Assembly: GCA_047623225.1 (NCBI GenBank)
Contig: JBLHME010000002.1
Coordinates: 675 to 64,674, forward strand
DNA: 64,000 nt
Source: Cryomorphaceae bacterium
GTDB lineage: Bacteria > Pseudomonadota > Gammaproteobacteria > Arenicellales > Arenicellaceae
Direction of reading: 5' to 3'
Both the position numbers and the translations under genes were made by a program. Below are positions 49,369 through 59,148 of this stretch, one piece after another (position 1 is the stretch's first letter; each line of letters starts with the position of its first letter). Under the pieces are notes generated by a model. It worked only from the letters and a program-made list of their open reading frames with translations. It was not told the origin of the DNA and made no database searches.

Positions 49369-52300
49369 TTGAATACGAAACACCAAAATTCCGCTGGGCA
49401 CACGTCTCAAACAGATCTATTTAGCGATGTTGAACGCCGCGCCAACAATTGGTCTTTGAATGGCAGCAAGCATCCGTTCAAATGGCATCAAAAAGTTTCT
49501 GGGTTGTTAAAGCCAAAGCAAATCGAAGCTGACCGTAAATCACTCAGAAAGCTGACAGTGGACGATTATGTCTCCAAGGTTTTAGACCCAGCTGAGTCGG
49601 CAACTCGGCCTAGCGCAAAAGCCGCGGTAAGTCAGCTTCGCGGCAAGATCCATAGTGAATTCGAATTGGGCCCGCTGTATTCAGTAGAACTCTCTCTGGA
49701 GTATCGAGGGCAAACGCGGCGAATTGCCATACTTGCGCAAGATCGCAGCGTTAAAAATGGTGTGTGGGGACCCGAACACCACCTTGAAGCATGCCGTTTA
49801 GCAAAGGGTTACTCAAATCGCGCGGTGCCCATCGTTACCTTTATGGACACTCCAGGCGCAGATGCTGGCACTGAGGCGAACGAAAACAACCAAGCCCACT
49901 CAATTTCGCGGCTAATAGCCGTAATGGCTGCCGTTAAGGTACCAACTTTAGGCATCATTTACGGCCTAGGTTATTCCGGAGGTGCGATTCCGTTGGCTGC
50001 AAGCAATTTGTTGTTGGCGGTACGATGCGCAGCCTTTAATACGATTCAACCAAAGGGATTGGCCAATATTGCCCGACAATATAATTTGTCGTGGCAAGAA
50101 AGCGCGAGATACGTGGGTGTTTCGCCAGCGGAGTTATATCGCAGCGGAGTTATAGACGGAGTGATCGATTGGGATCCCAGTGATGATGACGGCCTGAGCA
50201 AAAACGACAATTTGGTCGCAGCAATCTTCACCGGGATTGAAGAGATTGAAGCTGACGCTAAGCGAGAAGTCTTAGAGAACCCCATGGTAGCCGCAAACTA
50301 TTGGGAGAACGTTCGCTCTGAAAAGCTGCACAAGCAAAGTTTTGAAGCTCTGCAAAAATCCGCCGACTTTGACCTTTATGGAGAGTTGAGCGAATACCCC
50401 AGTGTATATTCTCATGCCATGATGTACCTGCGCTCGCTGTCTATGCGTTGCCGCATCCATTCGTCGACCATTGAGACCTATGGCCGCTTGGCTGAAGAAG
50501 AAATTCCTAAAGGTGACCTGAGTGCTCGTACCCAGCAAATGCGCGAAGTGGCATTTGGCCGATGGCAAAAAGATCCAGAGAAATTGGTCTACAACGAGCA
50601 ACTTGCTAAAGCATGGTCAAACCTCAAACAAAAACGCGAAGAATTGAATACAGAGCGCAGTAAGATCACGGCTCTGATCCTGGGTGACCCGCAAAGCAAC
50701 TATAAGAATGCCAAGAAAAACTTTTGTTTTGTGGCGTGCTTATACCTTTATAACCGCTGGAAATCCGATGCGGCATTTAATTTTGTGGAAATGAGTCGCA
50801 AATTATCCGAAATGGGCAGTGAAGGTGATGATGCTTTGAGCAAGCCTGAGGCGGATTTAACGCTTTTGGACACACTCCATGAACCCAGCATTCGTGAAAC
50901 TCTGCACGATCAGTTTCGCAATATGTTGGTGTTTGATGCTCTATACAACAACATTGTTGTCAACTTTGGCGAAATCGCTGAGGAATCCAAGGCCTTTCAG
51001 TCTATTTCAGAAAAGACCATTCGCAATATTCTCGATAACTCTCTAGAGAAAGTAACCTCTAGCATTAGTGGGGCTATCGCAGAAGGCGCTATCGACAGTG
51101 ATACCAAAGCCGAATTCGCTAAATGGCTTGCTCATTTCGTTAAATATGATCAACGTGGCGCTTTTTTAAGCGACGTTGAAGAGTGGAAGCGCGTGAATTT
51201 CCCGCGTATGTCAGATTCACTATTAGTGTTAATTACTTATTTTTTCGAAACGCTAGTGCCACGATTTATCGATGCGCAAATGAGTGGCAAAACTTATAAC
51301 GGGCAAATTAACCCCGGCCGCATCGGCAAACGCAAAGATTTTTGGAATCAACTCAACATTGCCTATCAAGACCTGATGGTGCAACGCGTGATGAGTTCTT
51401 ACAAGCAAAAAAAGTTAACCACTGTCGCTGCGTTTAGCGAAACTTTGTTCACTCAATTCGAAGAAACCCAAGCAAATAAGATGACTGCCAACCCTGTGTC
51501 ATTCCCAGGTTTTCGGCAATCGATTGAAAAAGCCTTGAATAACGGTATCACTCCATGTGGTGTGGTTACTGGCACCGGCCGAATCAAGCTTGATGAAGAC
51601 GGCAACACTGCCAAAGTAGGTACGCTGATTTCAAATGTGGCATTTCAAGCAGGCGCGTTTGATATGGCAGGTGCTGAAAAGCTCTGCACCCTATTAGTTG
51701 ATTGCGCTCGAGATGGCTTGCCAGTGGTTTGTTTTGTGTCTTCTGGTGGCATGCAAACTAAAGAAGGCCCAGGCTCCTTATTTTCAATGGCCATCGTCAA
51801 CGACCGCATCACCAATTTTATTGCAGAAACGGGTTTACCCGTGATCATATTTGGCTTTGGCGACTGCACTGGCGGTTCACAAGCCAGTTTTGTCACACAC
51901 CCGCTGGTGCATACCTATTACCTAAGTGGCACTGATATGCCATTTGCTGGCCGAGTGGTGGTGCCTTCTTTCTTGCCAACAATGGCAACCACCTCAAATT
52001 ATTTGGCCGATACCCCTGGCGCAATGCAGGGCTTGGTCATACATCCTTTCGCCGAAGGCTTGGATGAAAAGCTTCGCGAGGTTGACCCTTCGATCACCCT
52101 ACCCAGTGAAACGATAGCTGAGGTAGTCGCTAAGGTCATTACTGGTACCGCCACCATGGAGGCAGATTCTGCCAAACCTGAGGTGGTTCGCGCGGTTGAT
52201 TTAATGGGCCCTATAGAGACAGTCTTAATACACGCTCGTGGTTGCACAGCCGTTAAGCTAATTCGCGTCGCGCAACAACGAGGGCATAAAGTCCTGTTAG

Positions 52301-53946
52301 TGCAATCTGACCCTGACATGGATTCCGCAGCCTGCGACATGCTAACCGAACAGGACGAGGTGGTTTGCCTTGGCGGCCAGACTCCGGGCGAAAGCTATCT
52401 AAATGGCTTATCTGTTGTAACCATAGCTCGTAACCGCGGTGCTGATGCCCTGCATCCAGGCATTGGATTTCTTTCCGAAAACGCCGGCTTTGCGCGCCTT
52501 TGCCGCGCCAATGGGCTTAATTTTATTGGCCCAAGAGCGTCGTCTATGGACACCATGGGCAACAAGTCGAATGCTATTAATACCGCCATGGCAAATGATG
52601 TTCCGGTGGTACCAGGCTCACACGGCATTTTAACCAGCGCTGAAGCTACCGCTAAGGTAGCCGAGGAAATCGGTTACCCAGTATTGCTCAAGGCAGTTCA
52701 CGGTGGCGGCGGTAAAGGCATTAAAATTGTGCGCAATGCCAGTGAAGTACGTGATTCCTTTAACAATGTCTACAGCGAGGCGCGCAGCGCCTTTGGCAAT
52801 GGAGATTTGTACTTAGAGAAATTTGTTGAATCGATGCGCCATATCGAAGTGCAAATTTTACGCGATACCCAAGGGGTTACCAAAATAATCGGCTTGCGCG
52901 ATTGCACAGTGCAACGAAACAATCAAAAGGTGTTAGAGGAGTCTGGGTCAACCATGCTGCCCAAAAAGCTTGAGAAAATGGCCTTTGAATGCGCCGAAAA
53001 ACTAGCCAATGCGGTTGATTACTTTGGGGCCGGCACGGTTGAATTCATCTATGATCTCAAAGCCGATACGATTTACTTTATGGAGATGAATACTCGTCTG
53101 CAAGTAGAGCACCCGGTAACTGAATGGACTTCAGGTGTGCCGATTGTAAGCACTCAATTTGAGATCTCAGAAGGCGGCTCAATTCAGGACCTGAAAATCG
53201 CCAACAAAGGCTTCTCGATTGAGGCTCGCATCACGGCCGAAAAAGCACGCTTGGATACCAACGGCTCAATTGATTTTCTGCCCACGCCGGGATTGGTTGC
53301 CGAATGTAAGTTCCCGAGCGGCGATCATATTGAAGTAATTGCATCGGTCTCCGAAGGCAAGACTATTTCACCCTTCTACGACAGCATGATTGCGCAACTG
53401 ATTGTGCATGGCAAAAATCGTAAAGACGCGATTGCTAAGTTACTCGAAGCCTTAGACCAGACCAGCATCAAAGGTGTTTGTACCAACATTTCACTGTTGA
53501 AGCGAATATTAAATGATCAAACATTCACAAAGGGCGTTTACGACACTAACTACTTGCCTACCTTTCTCGATACTTTAGATAAGGATAAAGTTGTTGAAGA
53601 GATGGCTTACACCGGCGCTGATTCGATTAATAGCGACCTTAGCAGCCTGCTCATAGCCGGTACCGATGAGATCAAAGTAGTGTCTCCAATGACTGGGATT
53701 TACTACTCAACATCATCGCCCAGCGAACCTGAATTCATCAAAGTAGGCGACAGAGTCAATCTTAGCCAGACCTTATGCCAGGTCGAGGCAATGAAACTAT
53801 TTACTCATATTTCACTTTCAAGCGTCGCCGGCTCGGGTGAAATTTTCACTGCAGAGCAAGAATATGAAGTAGTTCGAATGAACCAGGCTAATAATGCACA
53901 GGTTAATTCGGGTGATTTACTGTTTGTGGTAAAGCCAGTTAAATAG
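49369..53946 (+). CDS. Single-chain biotin-dependent acyl-CoA carboxylase (CT-alpha, insert, CT-beta, biotin carboxylase, BCCP)
   Basis: FMDTPGA and GLGYSGGA (AccA-like); FQAGAF, SSGGMQTKEG, CTGGSQAS (AccD-like); HPGIGFLSEN, KAVHGGGGKG, EMNTRLQVEH (AccC-like); SPMTG.YY and EAMKL (AccB-like). Confidence 0.9.
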   Translation: MNTKHQNSAGHTSQTDLFSDVERRANNWSLNGSKHPFKWHQKVSGLLKPKQIEADRKSLRKLTVDDYVSKVLDPAESATRPSAKAAVSQLRGKIHSEFELGPLYSVELSLEYRGQTRRIAILAQDRSVKNGVWGPEHHLEACRLAKGYSNRAVPIVTFMDTPGADAGTEANENNQAHSISRLIAVMAAVKVPTLGIIYGLGYSGGAIPLAASNLLLAVRCAAFNTIQPKGLANIARQYNLSWQESARYVGVSPAELYRSGVIDGVIDWDPSDDDGLSKNDNLVAAIFTGIEEIEADAKREVLENPMVAANYWENVRSEKLHKQSFEALQKSADFDLYGELSEYPSVYSHAMMYLRSLSMRCRIHSSTIETYGRLAEEEIPKGDLSARTQQMREVAFGRWQKDPEKLVYNEQLAKAWSNLKQKREELNTERSKITALILGDPQSNYKNAKKNFCFVACLYLYNRWKSDAAFNFVEMSRKLSEMGSEGDDALSKPEADLTLLDTLHEPSIRETLHDQFRNMLVFDALYNNIVVNFGEIAEESKAFQSISEKTIRNILDNSLEKVTSSISGAIAEGAIDSDTKAEFAKWLAHFVKYDQRGAFLSDVEEWKRVNFPRMSDSLLVLITYFFETLVPRFIDAQMSGKTYNGQINPGRIGKRKDFWNQLNIAYQDLMVQRVMSSYKQKKLTTVAAFSETLFTQFEETQANKMTANPVSFPGFRQSIEKALNNGITPCGVVTGTGRIKLDEDGNTAKVGTLISNVAFQAGAFDMAGAEKLCTLLVDCARDGLPVVCFVSSGGMQTKEGPGSLFSMAIVNDRITNFIAETGLPVIIFGFGDCTGGSQASFVTHPLVHTYYLSGTDMPFAGRVVVPSFLPTMATTSNYLADTPGAMQGLVIHPFAEGLDEKLREVDPSITLPSETIAEVVAKVITGTATMEADSAKPEVVRAVDLMGPIETVLIHARGCTAVKLIRVAQQRGHKVLLVQSDPDMDSAACDMLTEQDEVVCLGGQTPGESYLNGLSVVTIARNRGADALHPGIGFLSENAGFARLCRANGLNFIGPRASSMDTMGNKSNAINTAMANDVPVVPGSHGILTSAEATAKVAEEIGYPVLLKAVHGGGGKGIKIVRNASEVRDSFNNVYSEARSAFGNGDLYLEKFVESMRHIEVQILRDTQGVTKIIGLRDCTVQRNNQKVLEESGSTMLPKKLEKMAFECAEKLANAVDYFGAGTVEFIYDLKADTIYFMEMNTRLQVEHPVTEWTSGVPIVSTQFEISEGGSIQDLKIANKGFSIEARITAEKARLDTNGSIDFLPTPGLVAECKFPSGDHIEVIASVSEGKTISPFYDSMIAQLIVHGKNRKDAIAKLLEALDQTSIKGVCTNISLLKRILNDQTFTKGVYDTNYLPTFLDTLDKDKVVEEMAYTGADSINSDLSSLLIAGTDEIKVVSPMTGIYYSTSSPSEPEFIKVGDRVNLSQTLCQVEAMKLFTHISLSSVAGSGEIFTAEQEYEVVRMNQANNAQVNSGDLLFVVKPVK

Positions 53947-53949
53947 TTT

Positions 53950-54309
53950 GCCTTTGGACCATGCCGACCTAGCCTGACTTAGGCCAGGTACTACGACGCC
54001 ATCGATGAGCGGCTTATTGTGGCGGCCAGTGAGTATATAGCGTCAATATTAGCCAAAACTAACTACGGAAGCGATTTTAAGGCAGCTGCAATGCTCAATA
54101 CTGTCGACCATTTGCGGCTCCGCAGCTACCTTCAAGCACGGATGGTTGATTGGGATAACGAGCATTATCAATATCAAAACGGCTTTTTAAGCGCCGATTT
54201 TTTCGAAGCAACAACCACAAAAAAATTGCAATCTAGGCTTCTCGTTGGCGAGCAATTGGCTTGTCAGAAGGTCGCAAAAAATTTCGTAAATATGTGGGTC
54301 AAATTTTGA
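53950..54309 (+). pseudogene. Probable gene remnant
   Basis: ORF 54019..54309 has no clear RBS or start and extends upstream in frame to a TAG at 53980; no family recognised. Confidence 0.35.
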
Positions 54310-54550
54310 ATGAGGTTTCGAACGCTAAAAAATAGTGTTCGGTTCTTAGACAATTTAGATCAACGTAAATATTGTCCAATGGCTGCTAGCCGCAACTTTT
54401 ACCCGTTTGCATTGACATAATCAAATGGGTCTTCAATACTCGAAACGGCCATTCGTAATGTGCTTGGACTGGATTACGGGGATAGGTCAAAATATACGGC
54501 TGGCTGCCGAGTAGACAGCTTGTGAGAAATTATAACGGGAGGAGCAAGAT

Positions 54551-55912
54551 TTGACGGAAGTGAAAAGAACCGAAGCGCGTTACAGCAATGATCCCGAAGC
54601 AATGGATCGGTTACGCGATCGCACAGATGAACTCGAGTTGATTATTTCGAGCCTGACAATATTTGCGTTATTGGCTATGCCTGATTGGTTATACGGCAAG
54701 TTTGCTGGCGTTTTCACGCACCTTTCGATCAGTCTTGCGATTGCCGGTAGTGTTGGCACAACATTGTTGGCGGGTGTTTGCTATGGTTTGGCCGCTTGCT
54801 TTATTGTGCATTTGATGGCTCGCGCTTATTGGGTTGGCTTGATTGGGCTGCGGGCAGCTTTCCCAGACGGCATCAACTGGAACAAGACACCTGGTCTCGG
54901 TCCGATGAGCCGTAAGTATTATCGCGACACACTCCCGAATCTCGATACAGTAATCCAGAAAACAGATCGATTGGCGTCGTCGTTGTTTGCTGTCATCAGC
55001 ATGTTGACGCTAAGTGTTCTGTGGTTCGGTGTGATATTAGTCGGAATCGTTGTCATGTCCGGGGCAATCGGAGCGCGCTTTGGTATCACCAACACCGCAA
55101 TGAGTATCGGCTCGCTGGTGCTCCTGATCGTTTTCATCGGGGCGCCAATACTTGTGTATCTGCTTGATGCGCAACTTGCGTCGCGTATTCCTCGCCTGTG
55201 CGAGAGCAAAATCTATTCGAGCTTTGTTCGATTTCTCAGGCGTATTGCTGGGCTCGCCTATCCGCAACGCCTGGTATTGCCGGTGCAGCTAACGTTGCAA
55301 AGCAATACGCGCCCATTTGCGGTTTTCGCTGCCATAACCTTCAGCATTGTCGCCATTGTCGTCATCGGGAGCGCACGCGCTGCGGCATGGACTAATTTCA
55401 CACTCTCTGGTGAGTTTGTGTATCTGGATACCGAATTGGCCCAGCGAGGGTTTCGCAGTACTTATTATGAGGATATGCCCAGTTCGCTGGATCGGGCACG
55501 TGGCTGGCCCCGATTAGACAGTTTCAATCAAAGTGGTAGCTTCGTCCGTCTGTTCTTGCCTTACCAACCACTGCGTGACAACCTGATGCTCGATCAATGG
55601 TGCATAGGCCCAGAGCAAGCGCCAGACCCGGTAGGTTGTTTGCGTAAACTTTGGTCCGTCTCGATTGATGGTACAGCAGTGCCGATGTCGACGTTCGAAA
55701 CAGCCGAACGTGCCGACATCGGTATGCGCGGACTCATTGGACTAGTGCCTCTCGCGGGGCTCGAACCGGGAATGCGCAAGATTGAAGTGGTTTGGAACCC
55801 TGACGTCGCAGACGATGCGGCACCGATAGATGATCGCTACTTGGAAGCAAACGCTACTTTCGTGATCCCAATTGCGTTTGCTCCAGAATATGAGTTGTCA
55901 CTAGAGAACTAG
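54551..55912 (+). CDS. Hypothetical membrane protein with C-terminal soluble domain
   Basis: 453 aa, RBS GGAGGAG, ELELIIS..., RAYWVGLIGL, multiple TM segments; looks more GC-rich than its neighbours. Confidence 0.8.
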   Translation: MTEVKRTEARYSNDPEAMDRLRDRTDELELIISSLTIFALLAMPDWLYGKFAGVFTHLSISLAIAGSVGTTLLAGVCYGLAACFIVHLMARAYWVGLIGLRAAFPDGINWNKTPGLGPMSRKYYRDTLPNLDTVIQKTDRLASSLFAVISMLTLSVLWFGVILVGIVVMSGAIGARFGITNTAMSIGSLVLLIVFIGAPILVYLLDAQLASRIPRLCESKIYSSFVRFLRRIAGLAYPQRLVLPVQLTLQSNTRPFAVFAAITFSIVAIVVIGSARAAAWTNFTLSGEFVYLDTELAQRGFRSTYYEDMPSSLDRARGWPRLDSFNQSGSFVRLFLPYQPLRDNLMLDQWCIGPEQAPDPVGCLRKLWSVSIDGTAVPMSTFETAERADIGMRGLIGLVPLAGLEPGMRKIEVVWNPDVADDAAPIDDRYLEANATFVIPIAFAPEYELSLEN

Positions 55913-56129
55913 GGTAGTCGAGAGGGTGAATCGCCACTGCTCTCATCGACGCCGTTTGGCTCGACAACCGTGGCTGCTTTGTTCAAACTTCGTATCGGGG
56001 AAGGGGGCTGTACTCATTTGAGACATTTGATGACCTTAAAGTTAGAGTGTCAGAATGATTTAAATATCCCGAGATAGTGTCGGGTAATAAAAATATTAGT
56101 CCGGCAATCGATAGAGGTTATCTTTTCAC

Positions 56130-56702
56130 ATGAATTATTTAGTTCGCTTTATGCAGAAGCACTCGACAGGAAAGGTTGTGATTTCCTTTTTTGTATTGAC
56201 TATGGCCGTATACCTAACGATGCTCTCTTACTCGATTCCAGCTGTTACCGCGTTTGCTCCTCAATTACAGATATTCGATTTGTCTCCCTCTGGTTATTCA
56301 TTTAGCTATGCCAATGAGTTGCTTGATACTTTGGGGAGCGAGGGACGTAATCTGTATTTGCATACTCAGTTACCATTAGACTTTATATATCCCAGCTTGT
56401 TCTCTATTACTTATTCACTACTATTAGTCTGGCTTTTTGGTAAAACATTCAACGGCGACTCCAAAGTTTACTATTTTGCATCAGTACCATTTCTAGCTGG
56501 CATCTTTGATTATGCTGAAAATGTATTCATCATAAAAATGATAAACTCTTCCCCCGATTTACAAATAAGCACAGTTAAAACTGCGAGTACATTTACCCTT
56601 CTAAAAAGTAGCTTTAGTTTATTTTTCTTTCTTTTGTTAGTTTTAGGTTTTGCACTGTTACTGAAACAAAAAATTTCGAGTATTCGCAGCCGAATTGGCT
56701 AA
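56130..56702 (+). CDS. Hypothetical membrane protein, gene-cassette-like
   Basis: 190 aa; LG.EGR..Y...LDFIYP, FDYAEN motifs; AT-rich; stop codon lies within an attC-like sequence. Confidence 0.78.
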   Translation: MNYLVRFMQKHSTGKVVISFFVLTMAVYLTMLSYSIPAVTAFAPQLQIFDLSPSGYSFSYANELLDTLGSEGRNLYLHTQLPLDFIYPSLFSITYSLLLVWLFGKTFNGDSKVYYFASVPFLAGIFDYAENVFIIKMINSSPDLQISTVKTASTFTLLKSSFSLFFFLLLVLGFALLLKQKISSIRSRIG

Positions 56703-56754
56703 CAAGGCCATTATTCCGACACAATTTACAACACCGATTATAGCGACGTTAAAT
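56697..56754 (+). mobile_element. Degenerate attC-like recombination site
   Basis: GGCTAAC (contains the TAA stop) followed by AAGGC ... GTTAAAT matching GTTRRRY, 58 bp in total. Confidence 0.45.
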
Positions 56755-57074
56755 GTCGGTTGAGGGTAAGGTACTGCCATTTGTCATCGCGAGACGAAGA
56801 CCTGAGTAGCTGGCGGTCTTCCGACGATCTCAAGGCTGTGTGTTCTATTTGGGAGATTCACCCTCAAGGGGTTACCGAGGCGCACGCAAGCCCTTAACGG
56901 GGTCAGCGGAAAGAAGGAATTGAGAAGTTTTCTGCTTCGCGTTGGTCACCCTAGCATCACATCAAGTAGAAGGCCCCGATACATGCCCAACCTATAATTT
57001 CTGCTCACGATAGTGTTGTCGATGAAATAACTTGTTCGGCCTACTGATTTTACGAGAACTACTATTTGTGTGCG

Positions 57075-57806
57075 CTAGCTAGTGGTTACCGTCTGGCTCC
57101 CCATGTAACCCTGCAGTACCTCAACCGGCACATTGTCTCCCACTGTAAAACTCAATATCCGGCTGATATGTGACATTGGCAAACCTGTTTCATCATGCCA
57201 ATGGTTAAACGCTTCTTGAATGCGAGCCATGTCGCGTTGGCTTGTGGGGTTTTCATTGATGTCAACTCCGTTTGCTATCAATGCAACAACCACGTCACCT
57301 GTGGTCATAAAGCTGTCTTTGCCGGTAAATCGAATAAACCATTGAGCGGTTCGACCACCGAGCCTTGAACCTTCTTTCTTGAAGTATTTCATCAAGCCAA
57401 CCTGATCTGTTACTGGCCAATCGGCAAAGAATTGGCCGAAGCTGCCATGTTCTTCAGCTATTTGATCGACCATAGCGGCATTGTGAAAGACAGTTTGTAT
57501 CTTCTGCCAATTGCGTACGATGCGCGTATCTTGCACATACAGCTCCCACTCGTCCGGTGACTTTGTCAACAATTGCCCCAGATCAAAGCCGTGAAAGGCT
57601 TCTTCAAAGCCCGGCCATTTGCTGGTTATCACTCGCCAATGGAAGCCCGCATTGAATACGCAGCGGGTCAATTGAGCCAGATAGCGATCGTCAGGTATCT
57701 TCTTGAGGCTAGTCGGCTTGATCGGTTGCGACAAAACCGTAGCCAATTGCTTGGCACCGCCTTTTCTTTTCTCAGCTTGCTCGCGAATCAATTGAAACTT
57801 TTTCAT
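57075..57806 (-). CDS. DNA-3-methyladenine glycosylase I family protein
   Basis: DDRYL..LTRCVF.AGF.W.VI..KWPGFEEAF.GFD, RIVRN..KI...NA. Confidence 0.85.
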   Translation of the reverse strand: MKKFQLIREQAEKRKGGAKQLATVLSQPIKPTSLKKIPDDRYLAQLTRCVFNAGFHWRVITSKWPGFEEAFHGFDLGQLLTKSPDEWELYVQDTRIVRNWQKIQTVFHNAAMVDQIAEEHGSFGQFFADWPVTDQVGLMKYFKKEGSRLGGRTAQWFIRFTGKDSFMTTGDVVVALIANGVDINENPTSQRDMARIQEAFNHWHDETGLPMSHISRILSFTVGDNVPVEVLQGYMGSQTVTTS

Positions 57807-57837
57807 ACACTATTCGCCTGTTGGCGGGGCTCAAACA

Positions 57838-59142
57838 TCATTCATCCTCTAGTCTATATTCAGCCGATCGAGCATGCGCGGTTAGCGATTCACCTCGTGC
57901 CAAAATAGATGCATTGCGGCCAATTTCTTGGGCCCCAACTTGCGACACTTTTATGATGCTGGTGCGTTTTTGGAAATCGTAAACACCCAGCGGTGAGGAA
58001 AATCTCGCGGTGCCAGAAGTGGGCAATACATGATTAGGCCCGGCGCAATAATCGCCCAATGATTCGGCGCTATAGGGGCCAATAAAAATAGCACCTGCAT
58101 TGCTTATTTGTTGCGCAAGTTGATCGGCGTTTTGGGTGAATATTTCCAAATGCTCAGCAGCAATCTCATCCGCCACTCTAATTAAATCAATTTCGGATTC
58201 CACCACTATTAAAGCGCCATTATTTTCTAGGGATTGGCGGATTATTTGCTGCCGTTCCATGCTTGGCAGTAGCGTGTCGATAGACGCCTTAACTGCGTCG
58301 GCAAAATTTTGGCTGGTGGTGAGCAGAATCGACTGCGCAATCTCATCGTGCTCGGCCTGTGCGAACAAATCCATCGCTACCCAATCTGGATTAACCGACT
58401 CATCGGCAATGACCAATACCTCTGATGGTCCAGCAATCATATCTATGCCTACTCGGCCAAATACTTGCTTCTTGGCCGTGGCGACATAAATATTACCCGG
58501 GCCTGTGATCTTATCTACGGCCGGAATAGTTTTGGTGCCATAGGCAAGAGCGGCAATGGCTTGTGCCCCGCCTACTCTGAATACACGATCAACCCCAGCA
58601 ATCTCTGCCGCGGCCAGAACCATGTCATTAAACTCGCCATTAGGGGTTGGGCAAACCATAATCAATTCACCTACCCCGGCAACTTTTGCCGGTACTGCAT
58701 TCATAATAACGGATGAAGGATAGCTGGCTTTGCCACCTGGCACATACAAGCCAACTCGATTTATTGGCGTCACTTTCTGACCCAATTGCGTGCCGTCAGC
58801 TTCGGTGTAGCTCCAAGATTCCTGAAGTTGCTTCTGGTGATAGACACGCACCCTCTCGGCAGCGTATTGGAGCGCGTCACGCTGCGCCACGGGTATACTT
58901 TTTAGAGCCTGCGCTATTCGACTTGGGGTTACTTCTAAGCCCCGGGCTTCAACATCAAAGTGATCATAGCGTTGAGTTAACTCAAACAGGGCTTGATCAC
59001 CGTTAGACCTTACTTCACTAATAATTTGCGCAACCGTAGACTCAACGCCCGATTGCTCGGTTTGGTCTCGCTTGAGCAATTGCTTAAGCGCGACTGCAAA
59101 GTCACCGCTAGCAGAATGAAGACGAGTTATAGCCGATCCCAT
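57838..59142 (-). CDS. hisD: Histidinol dehydrogenase
   Basis: [53 protein letters not shown]. Confidence 0.98.
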   Translation of the reverse strand: MGSAITRLHSASGDFAVALKQLLKRDQTEQSGVESTVAQIISEVRSNGDQALFELTQRYDHFDVEARGLEVTPSRIAQALKSIPVAQRDALQYAAERVRVYHQKQLQESWSYTEADGTQLGQKVTPINRVGLYVPGGKASYPSSVIMNAVPAKVAGVGELIMVCPTPNGEFNDMVLAAAEIAGVDRVFRVGGAQAIAALAYGTKTIPAVDKITGPGNIYVATAKKQVFGRVGIDMIAGPSEVLVIADESVNPDWVAMDLFAQAEHDEIAQSILLTTSQNFADAVKASIDTLLPSMERQQIIRQSLENNGALIVVESEIDLIRVADEIAAEHLEIFTQNADQLAQQISNAGAIFIGPYSAESLGDYCAGPNHVLPTSGTARFSSPLGVYDFQKRTSIIKVSQVGAQEIGRNASILARGESLTAHARSAEYRLEDE

Positions 59143-59148
59143 TGCGAC

